Shown: piece after piece, positions 39,810 to 52,162 of the stretch
Layout of the letters: every line of letters starts with the position of its first letter
Position numbering within the stretch: position 1 is the first letter of the stretch
NCBI GenBank assembly: GCA_024679065.1
Contig: JAGIQG010000013.1
Location: 19,096,001 to 19,160,000, forward strand
Direction: 5' to 3'
DNA length: 64,000 nucleotides
DNA from: Sphyrna mokarran
Lineage: Eukaryota
Program-made: the position numbers and the translations under genes
Notes under the pieces: generated by a model
The model's input: only the letters and a program-made list of their open reading frames with translations
What the model was told of the DNA's origin: nothing
The model's database searches: none

Positions 39810-39914
39810 CTAAAAGGAATTAAGCAAAATTAGTTTTTTAGGTTAAAATAAAATCACATTAAATTTCTGATTCAATTTCCAAATAGCAGCCAATATTACT
39901 TCAGTGTAAACTAT

Positions 39915-40182
39915 AAGTTTATTTACTAGGCTTACATTAATACTGCAATGAAGCCACTGTGAAAATCCCCCAGTCACTATGCTCTGGCATCTGTTCGGTT
40001 CAATGCACCTAGCCAGCACATCTTTCAGACTGAGAGAGGAAACTGGAGCACATGGAGGAAACCCATACAGACATGGGCAGAATGTGCAGACTCCACACAG
40101 ACAGTGACCCCAACCAGGAATCGAACCCAGGTCCCTGGTGCTGTGAGGTAGCAGTGCTAACCACTGTGCCACCATGCCGCCC
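39915..40182 (-). mobile_element. V-SINE with alternative tail; others at about 22452-22752, 27860-28150, 32570-33300, 37178-37462, 42644-42952, 56000-56305, 57655-57905
   Basis: same head and V domain; tail gggattttcacagtaacttcattgcagtgttaatgtaagcctacttgtgac..aataaa. Confidence 0.85.
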
Positions 40183-41870
40183 TATTGAAAGATCATCAGC
40201 AACAACTAAGCAAAACAAGAGTGGACCATTATTTTGTGGGTGGGTGGCTGATGGAACAGGTTGCTATGCCACATTAATGTGTTAATAGAAATATCAATTC
40301 TGCTTCTCTCTTCACAGATCTGTGCAGACCAATGACGGATATATGCAAATAATTCGATAGAAAGTAAATATTAGGTAGAATCATATATAAGTAGGATATT
40401 ATTTTTTAGAATTGAGAAAATGGTTAATGAGCTCTGGATTTGATAGTCTCACCCTGTTTCTTTAAGAGAGCATACGGTGAATGCTTCCCATTGACCTGGC
40501 CTTGACTTATCTTCTAGTCTTCTAATTATTTCTAGTCATGTGTCAACTTTATAAGATAAGTTTTTCTCCAATTTGGGACTTATATTCCATAGCTATCCTA
40601 AAACTAACTCAACTTTCATCACTTCCACAAAGGTGTTCCCTTAGAGCCGGCTGGGATTCGCCCAGATAAATTCAAGTGTTGATTTGGGTGAAAACTGGAG
40701 TAATTCATGTTGTTTCTTTCAGTGGTGGGAATTCAGTGATGAATCTCCCACACTCTGTGCACAGTAGACTGCACTAGGTGAATTGTGTGACTAATCAATG
40801 AACAGGGCCTGTTCTTGCCTGAGAGACCGGCAGCATAGTGCTGAGCAGGCCACTGCATGTACACTGACCCTGTCAGTACCAAGATCACTGGCCAGCCCCA
40901 AGACTACCGCAATGCCAGCCCTTCAACCTCCCCACAGCCCAATCGTTGACCTCCCTGAACCATTCCTGGGCCAATTAGAACCCCCCACTTTGTCTGTCCC
41001 GATCTCCAGCACTCCCCCCACCTGCAATTCGGCAGTCCTAAACCCCCGGCAGCCTGACCGCCCCTAACCCCCCTCAGCCTACCCTCCTTTCCCCGCCAGT
41101 GCTGTCTGCAGAGTGGCAGTGGGCCCTCCCAAGCCCTGACCCCAGCAATCCTCACCCCATAGGCCCCACCTGCATAGGCCTCACCCTCTTGCACTGCTGT
41201 ATGGGCAATACCAAGGTGCCCCCTGGGCTTCGGCACTTTGTCCCTAGGGAACCCAGGCTGGCAATGCACAAGTGGCAGTCCCCCTGCACGGGGGGAATCC
41301 TTCCAATGCAATGTGCCCACTCATCTGATGAAGGTGCAGCACTCCTAAAGCTCAAGATAATAAATAAGCTTTTGGACTTTAAACTGGTGTTGTCAGACTT
41401 CTTATTCAAAGAAACAATCCAAGCCTATTTAATCTCCCGTTGTAGCTCAAATGTTCCACCAACAACCTGGTGAACTTCCTCTGTACGCTCTTTAGTGCAA
41501 GCACATCCTTCTTTTTGGTGTGGTGACCAGAAATACATACAATACTCCAGCTGTGGCTTAACCAATGCTCCTTGCTCTTATACTCTATGCCAAGACTGAT
41601 AAAAGCAAGGGTCCGTATGCCTTCTTAACTAGCTTATTCAAATGCTCGACAGCCTTCAGGGATCTGTGAATAAGAAGCCCAGAATCCATCCATTCCTCTG
41701 AGCTTCCCAGTGTCTTGCCATTCATTAAATACTCCGCCATCTTTCTAACTTATCCTTTATTTTGCTATCTTCCTTTTTGTTTCGGAGGATTTATAGCTAA
41801 TTTAGCCTTCAATTGTTTTATAATTAAAGCCAATATACAAATATAAAACATCAGTAAAGTGGAATGTTAC

Positions 41871-41955
41871 CTGCGCTCAGTAGATGAAAAATTCCAAGAG
41901 CATAAAACATGACAATTTGACATAACATTCTTGTTCTCCCTTCAATCAATTTCAT
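41871..41955 (-). CDS. HHLA2: HHLA2/B7-H7 signal-peptide exon (exon acceptor at 42045; in-frame ATGs at 41955 and 41928)
   Basis: (MKLIEGRTR)MLCQIVMFYALGIFHLLSA then G|GTAACA phase-1 donor; hydrophobic leader; acceptor ctgtttcttttcattgatttttaag upstream. Confidence 0.8.
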
Positions 41956-42043
41956 CTGAAGTTATCTTCCACGGTCAATTTCATCTAAAGATATCTTCAG
42001 CCAGATTCTTCATTTCATTTCTCAGTGGAACAGTCAAATGCAT
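41952..42043 (-). promoter_or_regulatory. Chain of upstream ORFs in the HHLA2 5' UTR
   Basis: uORFs 42018-42010, 42013(or 42043)-41981 and 41984-41952; each stop overlaps the next ATG as ATGA. Confidence 0.65.
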
Positions 42044-45000
42044 TCCTTAAAAATCAATGAAAAGAAACAGTATTAAGATTATGGGCAGAATGTTATGAGA
42101 AATTGGCACTACCTGTCTATGACCCTCTCTCCTGGGTGCTCTACTTAACTTTGCACCCCCGTGGAATCTTCACAGCAGGTTCATGCCTGGGTCAACCTGT
42201 TTTAAACCTCACCAACATGACATGAAAATCTCCTGTGGTGGGAAATCTGGCAAGGGGTATCTTTAATTAGATTAAAATTTATTTAACTGAACGCAAATTA
42301 GGTTCTTACCCATTATGAGCATGAACGTGCTAACATCACCAGAGAAAGCCAGCTAAAATTGGAGATCGCAATCTCACTGACAAGATTGGGGATTCTTGGC
42401 TTTTACCCAATCTTGAGCGCCTACAAGTGATCTTGTGGAAGAAGAGTGCGGCCTTAAGATCTCACCCAAAATAAGAAGATAAGAAATAGGAGCGCGAATG
42501 GGCCTCTTGGCCTGCTCCATCGATCAATAAGCTTATAGTTAATCTCACTGTAGGCTGAACTCCACTTTCTTGCTGCTCCAGGGTGACCAACTCTTGCAGA
42601 GAAATTTTAAGGAGCACACTTGCTTGGGCAAGGGATTCCCACTGGGGCAGCATGGTGACACAGTGGTTAGCATTGCTACCTTACAGAGCTAGGAATCCAG
42701 ATTTAATTCCCGGGCTTAGATCACTATCTGTGCGGAATCTGCATGTGCTCCCCACGTCTGTGTGTGTTTACTCTGGGTGCTCCTGTTTCCTCCCACAGTC
42801 TGACTGATGTGCTGTTTGGGTGCATTGGCCATGTTAAATTCTCCCTCAGTGTACCGAACAGATGCCGGAATGGGGCAACTAGGGGATTTTCATAGTAACT
42901 TTGTTGCAGTATGAATGCAAGCCTATTTGTGACATTAATAAATAACCTTTAAACTTGCACTGGTGTGGGATTTGGTGCTTCCAGATCTGTGAGAACATTG
43001 TTGGGAGGGGGATGGTGAGGGGTGTCCTGTTGGGGCTGTGAGAGCAGGAAATGGGGGAGCGGGGAAGGGGTGGTTCTTTGTAAGGTTTGTCAGAGGGCAC
43101 AGAGGCAGTGTAAGTACTGTGTATAAGGAAGAATTAAATATCCAAATTAATAAAAGATGATCATTTGGATGTGTGCAGCCCAGAATATGGGACAAAGGCT
43201 CAGGTGCAGGACAATTCTGTAAAATACAGGACAGTAGGTCAACCTGCCTGTTCATAACTCTCGACTCTCTTCTGGGTAAAAAAATTTGCCGAACTCAGTC
43301 TTGAATAAATTACCCAGCTTCTACTGCTCTCCAAGGATGGAGTATTCCAAAGACTCTCAACTTTCTGAGGGAAGAAATCCCTCCTTACTTCCATCTTAAA
43401 TGGAAGGCCCCTTATTTTGAAACCACCTCCTTTTGTTCTAGATTGCCCCACAAGGGAAAGTTCTCTCAGCATCTATTAGATAAACCCCCTTAGAATCCTT
43501 TCATTAAGATCATCTTTCATTTTTCTAGATTCTAATGAGTATGGGTCCAACCTGTGTAACCTTACTTCATAAGATAACCTTTCACTCCAGGAATTAGCCC
43601 AATGATTCTTCTCTGAACTGCCTCCAATGCAAATACCACTCTTCTTAAAGCGGTATGTTGTATGCTAGGGGCGTAATCTTGTGGCAATGATGGGGGTCTC
43701 AGCTGCTAGCTGGAGACCCAGTGAAATGCCTGCGTTGTCTCTGTATGGGAAAGACCAATCAAAGGCTGGCAACTTTTCTGTATTCAGTACATTGGGAGTC
43801 ACAAGGGCTCCTCCACCCGAAGGCACTCATTGAGGAATGCATTTAATGATAAATTAATTAGCAGTGAAGCAGTTAAACTACCTGTAGCAGAGGGCATTGC
43901 ACTCTGGATGGATTGTTTGGACCATGGGGGATGCAGCCTTTCCTACTGGTGTTATCTCAGTATTGTGTTTTGGTCTCCTTGCCTAAGGAAGGACATTCTT
44001 GCTATTGAGGGATCCAGCAAAGATTCACAGAATAGATTCCCGAATGGCAGGACTAACATATGAAGAGAGATTGGGTTGACTGGGCTACATTCATCGAAAT
44101 TTAGAAGAACGAGAAGGGATCTCATAGCAACGTCTAAAATCCTGATGGGACTGGACAGGCTAAATGTGTGAAGAAAGTTCCTGATATTTGGGAAGTCTAG
44201 AACTAGGGGTTGCAGACTAAGAATGAGGGGTAAGCCATTCAGGACAGAGATGAGGAAGACCTTCTTCACTCAAAGTTGTGAATTCTGGGGAATTCTCTAT
44301 TACAGAAAGCTATTGGGACCAGTTCGTTAGGTATGTTCAAGAGGCAGTTGGATGTGGCCCTCGTAGCTAAAGGAATCAAGAGATAAAGCCCGAGTGGGAC
44401 ACTGAAAGTGCATGATTAGCCATGATTATATTAAATGGTGGTGCAGGCTCAAAGGGCAGAATGGCCTACTTCTGCACCTATTTTCCATGTTTCTATGTTT
44501 TGCAGCCACAGGCTCCAACAGCCTCTGGCCTGGCACAGGGAAGTGGTCTCCATGGGGACAGGATCTCTGTGTAAGGCAAAAGCGCTTCTCTGCCATCGGT
44601 AACATAACAGCTCATCTACAAAAACCAGAATTAATTGGATCTGTAATAAAGCTAAGTGGTTACTTTTCCCAATGCCTTATCAGCTGATTAACGTCCCCGC
44701 TCAGCCACCGGAACCTTCTCTAGTGGCAGAAAGGCAATCGTTATAATGGGGCATGAAAAAAGCAACCCGATAAAAACTTTCAAGTTTCTGTTGTTGGATT
44801 AAAGATTAACTAAATCCCAGCAAAGTCAAAAGTCTGAAACAACCTTAGATCTTTAGAACTCCAAGCAATAAAACTAATGTGTTCAGTAATAAAATGGAGC
44901 AGAATAGGACCAAGACTTTAGTGCAAATTTATCAAAATTAGCAATAATCATAATGCTTATTGTTTCCAATTCAGAGTATTAATAAGTTGTAAATTGATAT

Positions 45001-46223
45001 TTTTACATGTTCTATCATTTCCAAATTAAATAAAAGCAACAATGAAACCAAATAGAATTCTGAAAAAAAATCATTCACTAAACAAGTGCATCCATAAAAA
45101 AGTAAGTTGTGCAACATTCAATAAGCATTCAGCATCGAGTTAACAACTGAAACAAAGAAGAAAAGGTTAGGGACCCTAAACAGAAGCTGGACCACAAGAA
45201 GAGGTGATGAAATTCAGGTAGGAAATTCCAAAGCTTTGAGCCTGAATGACTGAACCTCAGCTTCGAATGGTGAGATGAAGGAAATGGCTGTGGGTGCACA
45301 ACCATTAAAGGGCAGAGATATCAGCTGGAGCTTGTAGAGTAGGAGGAAGTTCTAGTGATAGGATTCAGCAAGGAGACGAATAGAGGTAGGGTCCAGAAAG
45401 GTGAGTTACAGATATAGGGTATAGCAAGGTGAGTTATACTGTACAGCAAGAAAGAATTTAGACAGGAGAATTAGAAATTTAAAATTACAACAATGAACAG
45501 TGTGAGCCTAATTTGGATCAGTGGGGGTGGAGCAGGGAAAAGGAGAGGGAAACAGTTGTGGGAATCTGAGTTTGGCTGGAGGTGCTGTTTGAACAGTTTG
45601 GACTATAATGTACTAGTCTGGTAACTACTGGACTGAGATTGTCTGGAAATGATAAAGGCAAGAATAAGGCTTTATCAGTCAGAGAATTGAAAACGATTTG
45701 GAGTTGGAAAATGTTATCGAGATGTCATCAACAGTTTTAGCACTGGGGAAGACGTAGGAAAAGTATCTCAGAATATAGACGGCAGGCTTGCAAACGGGCC
45801 AGTTTAATTTGGGACAGTGGCCTGGTAGGAATTCACTGCAGCAAGGATCTACTGAAAATGTCTTTGATCTTTCCAAACAAAATTATTCTTCATCCAACAT
45901 TAGATGTTGAACAATAATTTCTTCAGAAGCACTTCATTCACAATATGTTTTACATTTCATTGCTTCTGGATAAAAAAATCGTATCAGGTTGATGCCTTGT
46001 TCGCTGAACTCAGAAAGATGCCCATAACCATATCTGTAGACACTGTCACATCTACCTGGCATATACAGTGGGGAGTTTTGCTCACTTTATTCAGTGCTAA
46101 GTGGCACTGTGCCATTTCCTGTAAGGCCAAAGACATAGAAGATGCAGTAAATATGATGGTAACAGTCAGAGACAGATATGGCTCACTGCCGGACATGCTA
46201 CACTGTTGGTTTATGGTATTGGT

Positions 46224-47402
46224 ACAGTAAGAAGTCTCACAACATCAGGCTAAGGTCCAACAGGTTTATTTGATAGCAAATGCCACTAGCTTTCGGAGTG
46301 CTGCCCCTTCATCAGGTGTGTGTATAAAGACACAAACTCAATTTATAGAATAATGATTGGAATGTGAACAGCTAATTAAGTCTTTACGATACAAACAATA
46401 TGAGTCAAGAGAGCATTAAGAACAGGTTAAAGAGATGTTTATTGTCTCCAGACAGGACAGTTAGTAAGATTTTGCAAATCCAGGCAAGTCGTAGGGATTG
46501 CAGATAGTGTGATGTGAACCCAAGTTCCGGTTAGGCCGTCCTTATGTGTGTGGACTTCTCCAGCTTCCGTCTGAAACATGTTAAAGAAGCTATCCTCTAT
46601 GGACAACTTTCCCTTATACACAGGATCTGCTCAGATGAGGAGAATTGCAACAGACACCTCCAGAAGCTGAGAAATGCCCTCATAAGAACAGGATATGGTG
46701 CTCAACTCATCGATCGACAGGTCTGACACGCCACAGCAAAAAAATGCACCAGCCTCCTCAGAAAACAAACACGGGATAGTATGTACAGAGTACCCTGCAT
46801 TATCCAGTACTTCCCTGGAGCGGAGAAGCTACGACATCTCCTCAGAACCTTCAATGTGTCACTGATGGAGACAAACATCTCGCCAAACCATCCCCACACC
46901 CCTACTTCTTGCCTTCAAACAATCGCATAACCTCAAACAGACCATTGTCCTCAACAAACTACCCAGCCTTCAGGAGAACAGTGACCACAACACCACACAA
47001 CCCTATTATAGCAACCTCTGTAAGACATGCCAGATCATCGACATGGATGCCATCATCTCACACGAGAACACCATCCACCAAGTACACGGTACATACTCAT
47101 GTAACTCGGCCAACGTTGTCTACCTGATAGGCTGCAGGAGAGGATGTCCCGAGACATGGTACATTGGAGAGACCCTGCAAACATTATGACAATGGATGAA
47201 TGAACACCACTCAACAATCACCAGGCAAGACTGTTCTCTTCCTGTTGGGGAACACTTCAGCAGTCATGAGCATTCAGCCTCTAATTTTTGGGTAAGCGTT
47301 CTCCAAGGCGGCCTTCACGAAACACGATAGCGCAGAGTTGCTGAGCAGAGACTGATAGCCAAATTCCACACACATGAGGACGGCCTCAACTGGGATCTTG
47401 GT
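46224..47402. mobile_element. Penelope-like element: inverted 3' end/pLTR (46224-46557, -) fused to RT C-terminus plus GIY-YIG (46558-47402, +)
   Basis: CNSANVVYLIGCRRGCPETWYIGET at 47100-47174; about 46518-46557 is the reverse complement of about 47361-47402. Confidence 0.88.
46284..46318 (-). ncRNA. Minimal hammerhead ribozyme motif (Penelope pLTR)
   Basis: cac-CTGATGA-a-gggg cagca ctcc-GAAA-gc-ta-gtg. Confidence 0.7.
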
Positions 47403-49399
47403 CCAATCTGTTTCGCAGAATGGCCCCTTTTTAAAGGAATCTTTACCTCTTTTTGGTCTCCATACATTGATTAGTGTCTGCACCCACTAAACCAGACGGA
47501 AGGCATTGTCCACTGCTTTGCACAGCTCGGGTGCATACTCAGGAACAAGCCTCACTCTGGTATGTCTTTCTGCGAAGGAGAATCTGCTATCTGCTTGGCT
47601 CATGCTAACATGTCTAATGTTGGTAATGATTACAAGGTAACTCTTGATCCATCTCAAAATTTAAAAAGATCTGCTTAAAATGGGGTTCCTCTAGGGATTA
47701 GAGTAAGGATCACTGCTTTACCTTTGATATATATTAATGATCTGGACCTAGGTGGATGAGGTACAATTTCAAAATTTGCAGATGACATGAAACTTAGGAA
47801 TATTGTGAACTATGAAGAGGACAATGATGGACTTTAAGAACGTTTCCTGTACCGAAATGTCCAGGCAGGGGCAGGTGAAAGTTAAGTGAAGTTATTTATT
47901 TCACAACTGGGAGAGACAATAAACAAAGGAGATAATTCCAAAGGGGTGCAAGGGGTTTGTGTGGATGGGTTATTGAAGGTGGCATAGCAGATTGAGAGAG
48001 GGTAGGATTTTCCTCCCCCTCAATGGCATGTTCTGCAGGGGCAGAGGAGGGTGGTTGGCCAGTTGCTAGTGATGGGATCTTCTGGTGCTGCTATTGTCAA
48101 TGGGGTTTCTCTTTGATGCACTCCTCACTGCTGTGGCAGGGGTGTGTCATCAATAGGGCTGTAAGATCCCACCAGGGCAATGGCCAGAAAATCCAGTCCA
48201 ATAAATCGAATAGGATCTTGCTCTTTAATAGTTTCTTAGAGAACAAAAACAAGGAAGTTATGATAAATGTTATAAAACACTGGTTCAACCTGAATTGGAA
48301 TATTTTGCCCAATTCTGTGTACACCATATTTTAAGATTATAGAGGGTGCATGAAAAGATTCACTGGAATGGATCCAGGGATGAGGAACTTCAATTGTGAA
48401 GATAGATTGGAGAAGCAAGGGTGCTGTTCTTCATGGAGAAGAGAAGATTAGGGAGAAGATTAGGAGAAAAGCTGTTCAAAATCATGAGGGATTTGGAAAG
48501 AATGGGTGGGAAAAAACTGTTAATATTGGTGGAAGGATCTGGAATCAGAGAGCACCTATTTATAATAAAGAAAGCAATAGTGACATGAGGAAAACCCATT
48601 TTATGCAGTGAGTGGTAGAATCTGGATTACATGCTTGAGAATGTAGTGGAAGCAGATTCAATCAAATCCTTTAAGTGAAAATTGGATAATGATCTAAAAA
48701 GAAATGGGAAATGCCAAGGGGTGTGGTCTCAGTGAATTGCTCTCGCAGAGTGCTAATGCGGACATCACTGACTGAATAACCTCTTTCTGTGCTGGGCAGC
48801 ATAGCAGATTAGCACTGCTATCTCACAGAGCCAGGGACCTGGTTTCAATTCCAGCCTCAGGCTACTGTCTGTGTGGAGTTTGCACATTCTCACTGTGTCT
48901 GCATGGGTTTCCTCCAGGTGCTCTGGTTTCCTCCCACAATCCAAAGATGCATGGGTTAGGTTGGTTAGGCATGCTAAGTTGACCGTTAGGGAATTAGCAA
49001 GGTACATATATATATATTTATATATATATTTATGGGCTTACGGAGATAGGGCCTGGGTGGGACTGTTGTCAGTGTATGATGGATGGTCCAAACGGCCTCC
49101 TTATGTGTTCCATTCTATCGCCGTTCCATGATTCTAAACACACATCTCTTTCCAGCCTGAACAACAGGAAAAATTCCAAAGAAAATTTCTAGAAGCTGGT
49201 GTTAATTCTGTTATGCCGCAAGTTTTCTGATGACAATTTAGTTTATTACTGGCTGAGTACCCGAATGTTAAAAAGATCCCAGGATTGAATGCTGATTTCT
49301 ATTACATGTTCTTTTCTCAGCCTTGGCTGGCAGTAGGAATTCCATTGTTTAATGTTGTCAGGTTGGGCGAGGAACAAAGTCATTTTTTGTTTCTAGAAA

Positions 49400-51208
49400 A
49401 CTGTGCAGTTGTGGAAATCACAGAGTCGTTATAGTGGGAGGTTTTAATCTCCCTAGGGTAGATTGGAAAGTACCTAGAGCTGGGGGTTTGGACGAGCAGG
49501 GAATTTGTAAAATGTGTACTGGAAGGATCGTTGGAACAGTATGTGGCTAGCCCGACTAGAGAAGGGGCTATATTGGATTTAGTTCTGAGTAATGAGCCAG
49601 GGCAGGTAGTTGATGTTGTAGTAGGGGAACATGTGGCTAACAGTGACCACAATTCTGTCTACTTTAGGATTCAGATGGAAAAGGATGCTTGTTGCCCTAG
49701 GGGCAAGGTGCTGAATTGGGGGAAGGCTACCTACGGTCAGATTAGGCAGGAACTTATGGAAACTGATTGGGAACGGCTGTTCGAGGGTAAGTCCACGTTA
49801 GGCATGTGGGACTCTTTCAAGGGAATACTGAAAATGTTGCAAGATAGATATGTGCCAGCTAAGAGGAAAGATGGGAAAGGTAGGATTAGAGAGCCGTGGA
49901 TTACTAGGGATATTGAGGACTTGGTTAGGAAGAAGAGAGAGGCGTATGATAGGTCAAAGCAGCTGGGAACGGAAACAGCGTTGGAGGAATATAGAGAGAG
50001 TAGGAGGGAGCTCAAATGGGGAGTTAGAAGGGCAAAAAGGGGGCATGAAATGATTTTGGTGAATAGGATTAAGGAAAATCCAAGAAAATTCATATATTAG
50101 GAATAAAAGGGTGGTTAGAGGAAAAATCAGACCTCTTAGGGACAGAGGAGGGGAACTGTGGTTAGAGCCTGAGGGAATGGCAGAGATCCTGAATGAATAC
50201 TTTGCATCAGTATTCATGAAGGAAAGGGGCTTGTTGACAACTCCTGTCTCTGAGGGAGCTGTAGACTAGTTGAGGGAAATATCCATACCGAAGGAGGAAG
50301 TGTTAGAGCTTCTAGATAGCATTAAAACTGATAAACCTCTGGGGCCTGATGGCATTTATCCCAGGCTGCTTAGGGAGGTGTGAGGTGAAATTGCTGGGCC
50401 TCTGACGCAAATCTTTGTCTCTTCTTTGGACACAGGTGAGGTCCCAGAGGACTGGAAAATAGCTAAAAAGGATACTAGGGATAACCCTAGGAATTATAAG
50501 TCAGTGAGTTTGACGTCAGTGGTAGGGGAGCTGTTGGAGAGGATTCTTAGAGATAGGATGTATAGGCACTTAGAGCGTTGCAATCTGATTAGGGATATGC
50601 AGCATGGATTTGTTAAGGGGAGGTTGTGCCTTATGAATCTGGTAGAATTTTTTGAGGAGGTGACGAAAACGGTGGATGAAGGGCGAGCCGTTGATGTCGT
50701 CTATATCGATTTTAGAAAGGCGTTTGACAAAGTCCCTCATGGGAGGTTAGTTGAGAAGGTCAAGGCTCATGGGATACAAGGACAGGTAGCTAGATAGATA
50801 AGTAACTGACTTAGTAATAGGAGACAGAGAGTAATAGTGGAAGGGTGTTTTTCTAGCTGGAGGTTGGTCACTAGTGGTGTGCTGCAAGGGCTCGGAACTG
50901 GGACCTTTTCTATTTGTAATATATATAAATGACTTGGAAGAGGGAGTAAGTGGAGTGATCAGCAAGTTTGCAGATGATACAAAGATGGCTGGACTTGCGG
51001 ATAGTGAGGAGCATTGTCAGGCGATGCAGCAGGACATAAATAGGCTGGTAGCTTGGGCAGATAGATGGCAGATGGAATTCAATCCTGATAAATGTGAGGT
51101 GATGCATTTCGGAGAAAGAATGTAGTGGGGAGGTATATGATAAAGGGTAGACCTATTAAGAGTATAGAAACGCAGAGGGACCTGGGGATGCAGGTGAACA
51201 AGTCTCTG
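49400..51208 (+). mobile_element. CR1 ORF2 fragment lacking its own 3' end
   Basis: PTREGAILDLVL, SDHN, QHGF, FADDTK; stops abruptly at a T10 run. Confidence 0.9.
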
Positions 51209-51220
51209 AATTTTTTTTTT

Positions 51221-51601
51221 CGAGAGTATCTTAGTGTTTCACATCGTTAGTGTACGCTTGACCTGGACGATTTGATGGGCAAAACGACAGCTCAGTGACT
51301 ATCGCTGTGCTGTGTAGATACATGGATTTGGGCCTGTGTCTGTGAGAGTTTGCGCATTCTCCCCATGCTTGCGTGGGTTTTCTCCATGTGCTCCAGTTTC
51401 CTCCCACGTCCCAAAGATGTGCTCTTAGGCTAATTGGCAAAACAAATTCTCCCTAAATTGTCTCAAATTTGGTTTTTAATCCATAGATCTATAAACATAG
51501 ACAGGGATCCCGGGTAGAGTTTGGAACATCAGGGTGGTGGCACAGGCTCATTGGGCCGAAGGGTCTGTTTCCCGTGCTGTTTTGTTCTTTGTTCTTTGTT
51601 C
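51221..51601 (+). mobile_element. Atypical V-domain SINE with non-tRNA head and CR1-type (gttcttt)n tail
   Basis: V domain at about 51325-51440; no A/B boxes seen in the preceding 105 nt; tail gggccgaagggtctgtttccc. Confidence 0.6.
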
Positions 51602-51944
51602 AGTGGACCCAATCAGATTAAGAAATAAATAGCTGCCTTGAAGGCAGTACTAACCGCTGACAATTTCAGCAGTTTTCCTTCAGTTTTCAAGAAGAGTCAC
51701 ATTCAGCAGGTGCCAGACCTGCTGAGAATTTCTACCATTTCTATGCTTTTATTTTGCATTTCAGGTGTTTGCTTTTGTCTTATAGGAGAGAGCTCTCTTA
51801 CCAAAATCTCACCGAAATCTTATGAAAAGGAATGTTGCTGAACTTGCATATAATTAAATCAAAGTGCAGCACTAAAGACGAAACCTCTGCTCAAACTCAA
51901 ACTTGCTTATACATTTTACAAGACTTGAAAAACAGTTTACTTAC

Positions 51945-52090
51945 ATTTTCTAGGTTTCCTCTGTGTCCTCCTTGTCCTGTAGTTTCTTTTAAGTTTTTCA
52001 TTACTTTTCACAACCCACGGAGCTTTAACATTTTTCAATTTGAACTTCCTGAACTGAAAGTACCTGTCAAGCAAAGTTTTTAAGGGCGGA
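51945..52090 (-). promoter_or_regulatory. Candidate HHLA2 non-coding first exon and promoter
   Basis: non-repeat island with a GTAAGT donor after 51945, ETS core ACTTCCT (52044-52050), IRF-like GAACTGAAAGT (52051-52061) and GC box GGGCGG (52084-52089). Confidence 0.3.
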
Positions 52091-52162
52091 GAAAGTATAG
52101 CAGATCAAATTCCAGACTTTGTCTTGTATTAGTAAGTGCTGGCTGTTGGACTGGGGTGGGAA

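Noticed and set aside
40120-40180. tRNA-like A/B-box sequences (many copies)
   Set aside because: These are SINE heads that continue into the V domain, not tRNA genes
38757-41473. Pro/Gly-rich ORFs of 120-155 aa (also 35224-35700 and 55332-55797)
   Set aside because: They arise from GC-rich non-autonomous repeats, are open in several frames and show no domain signal
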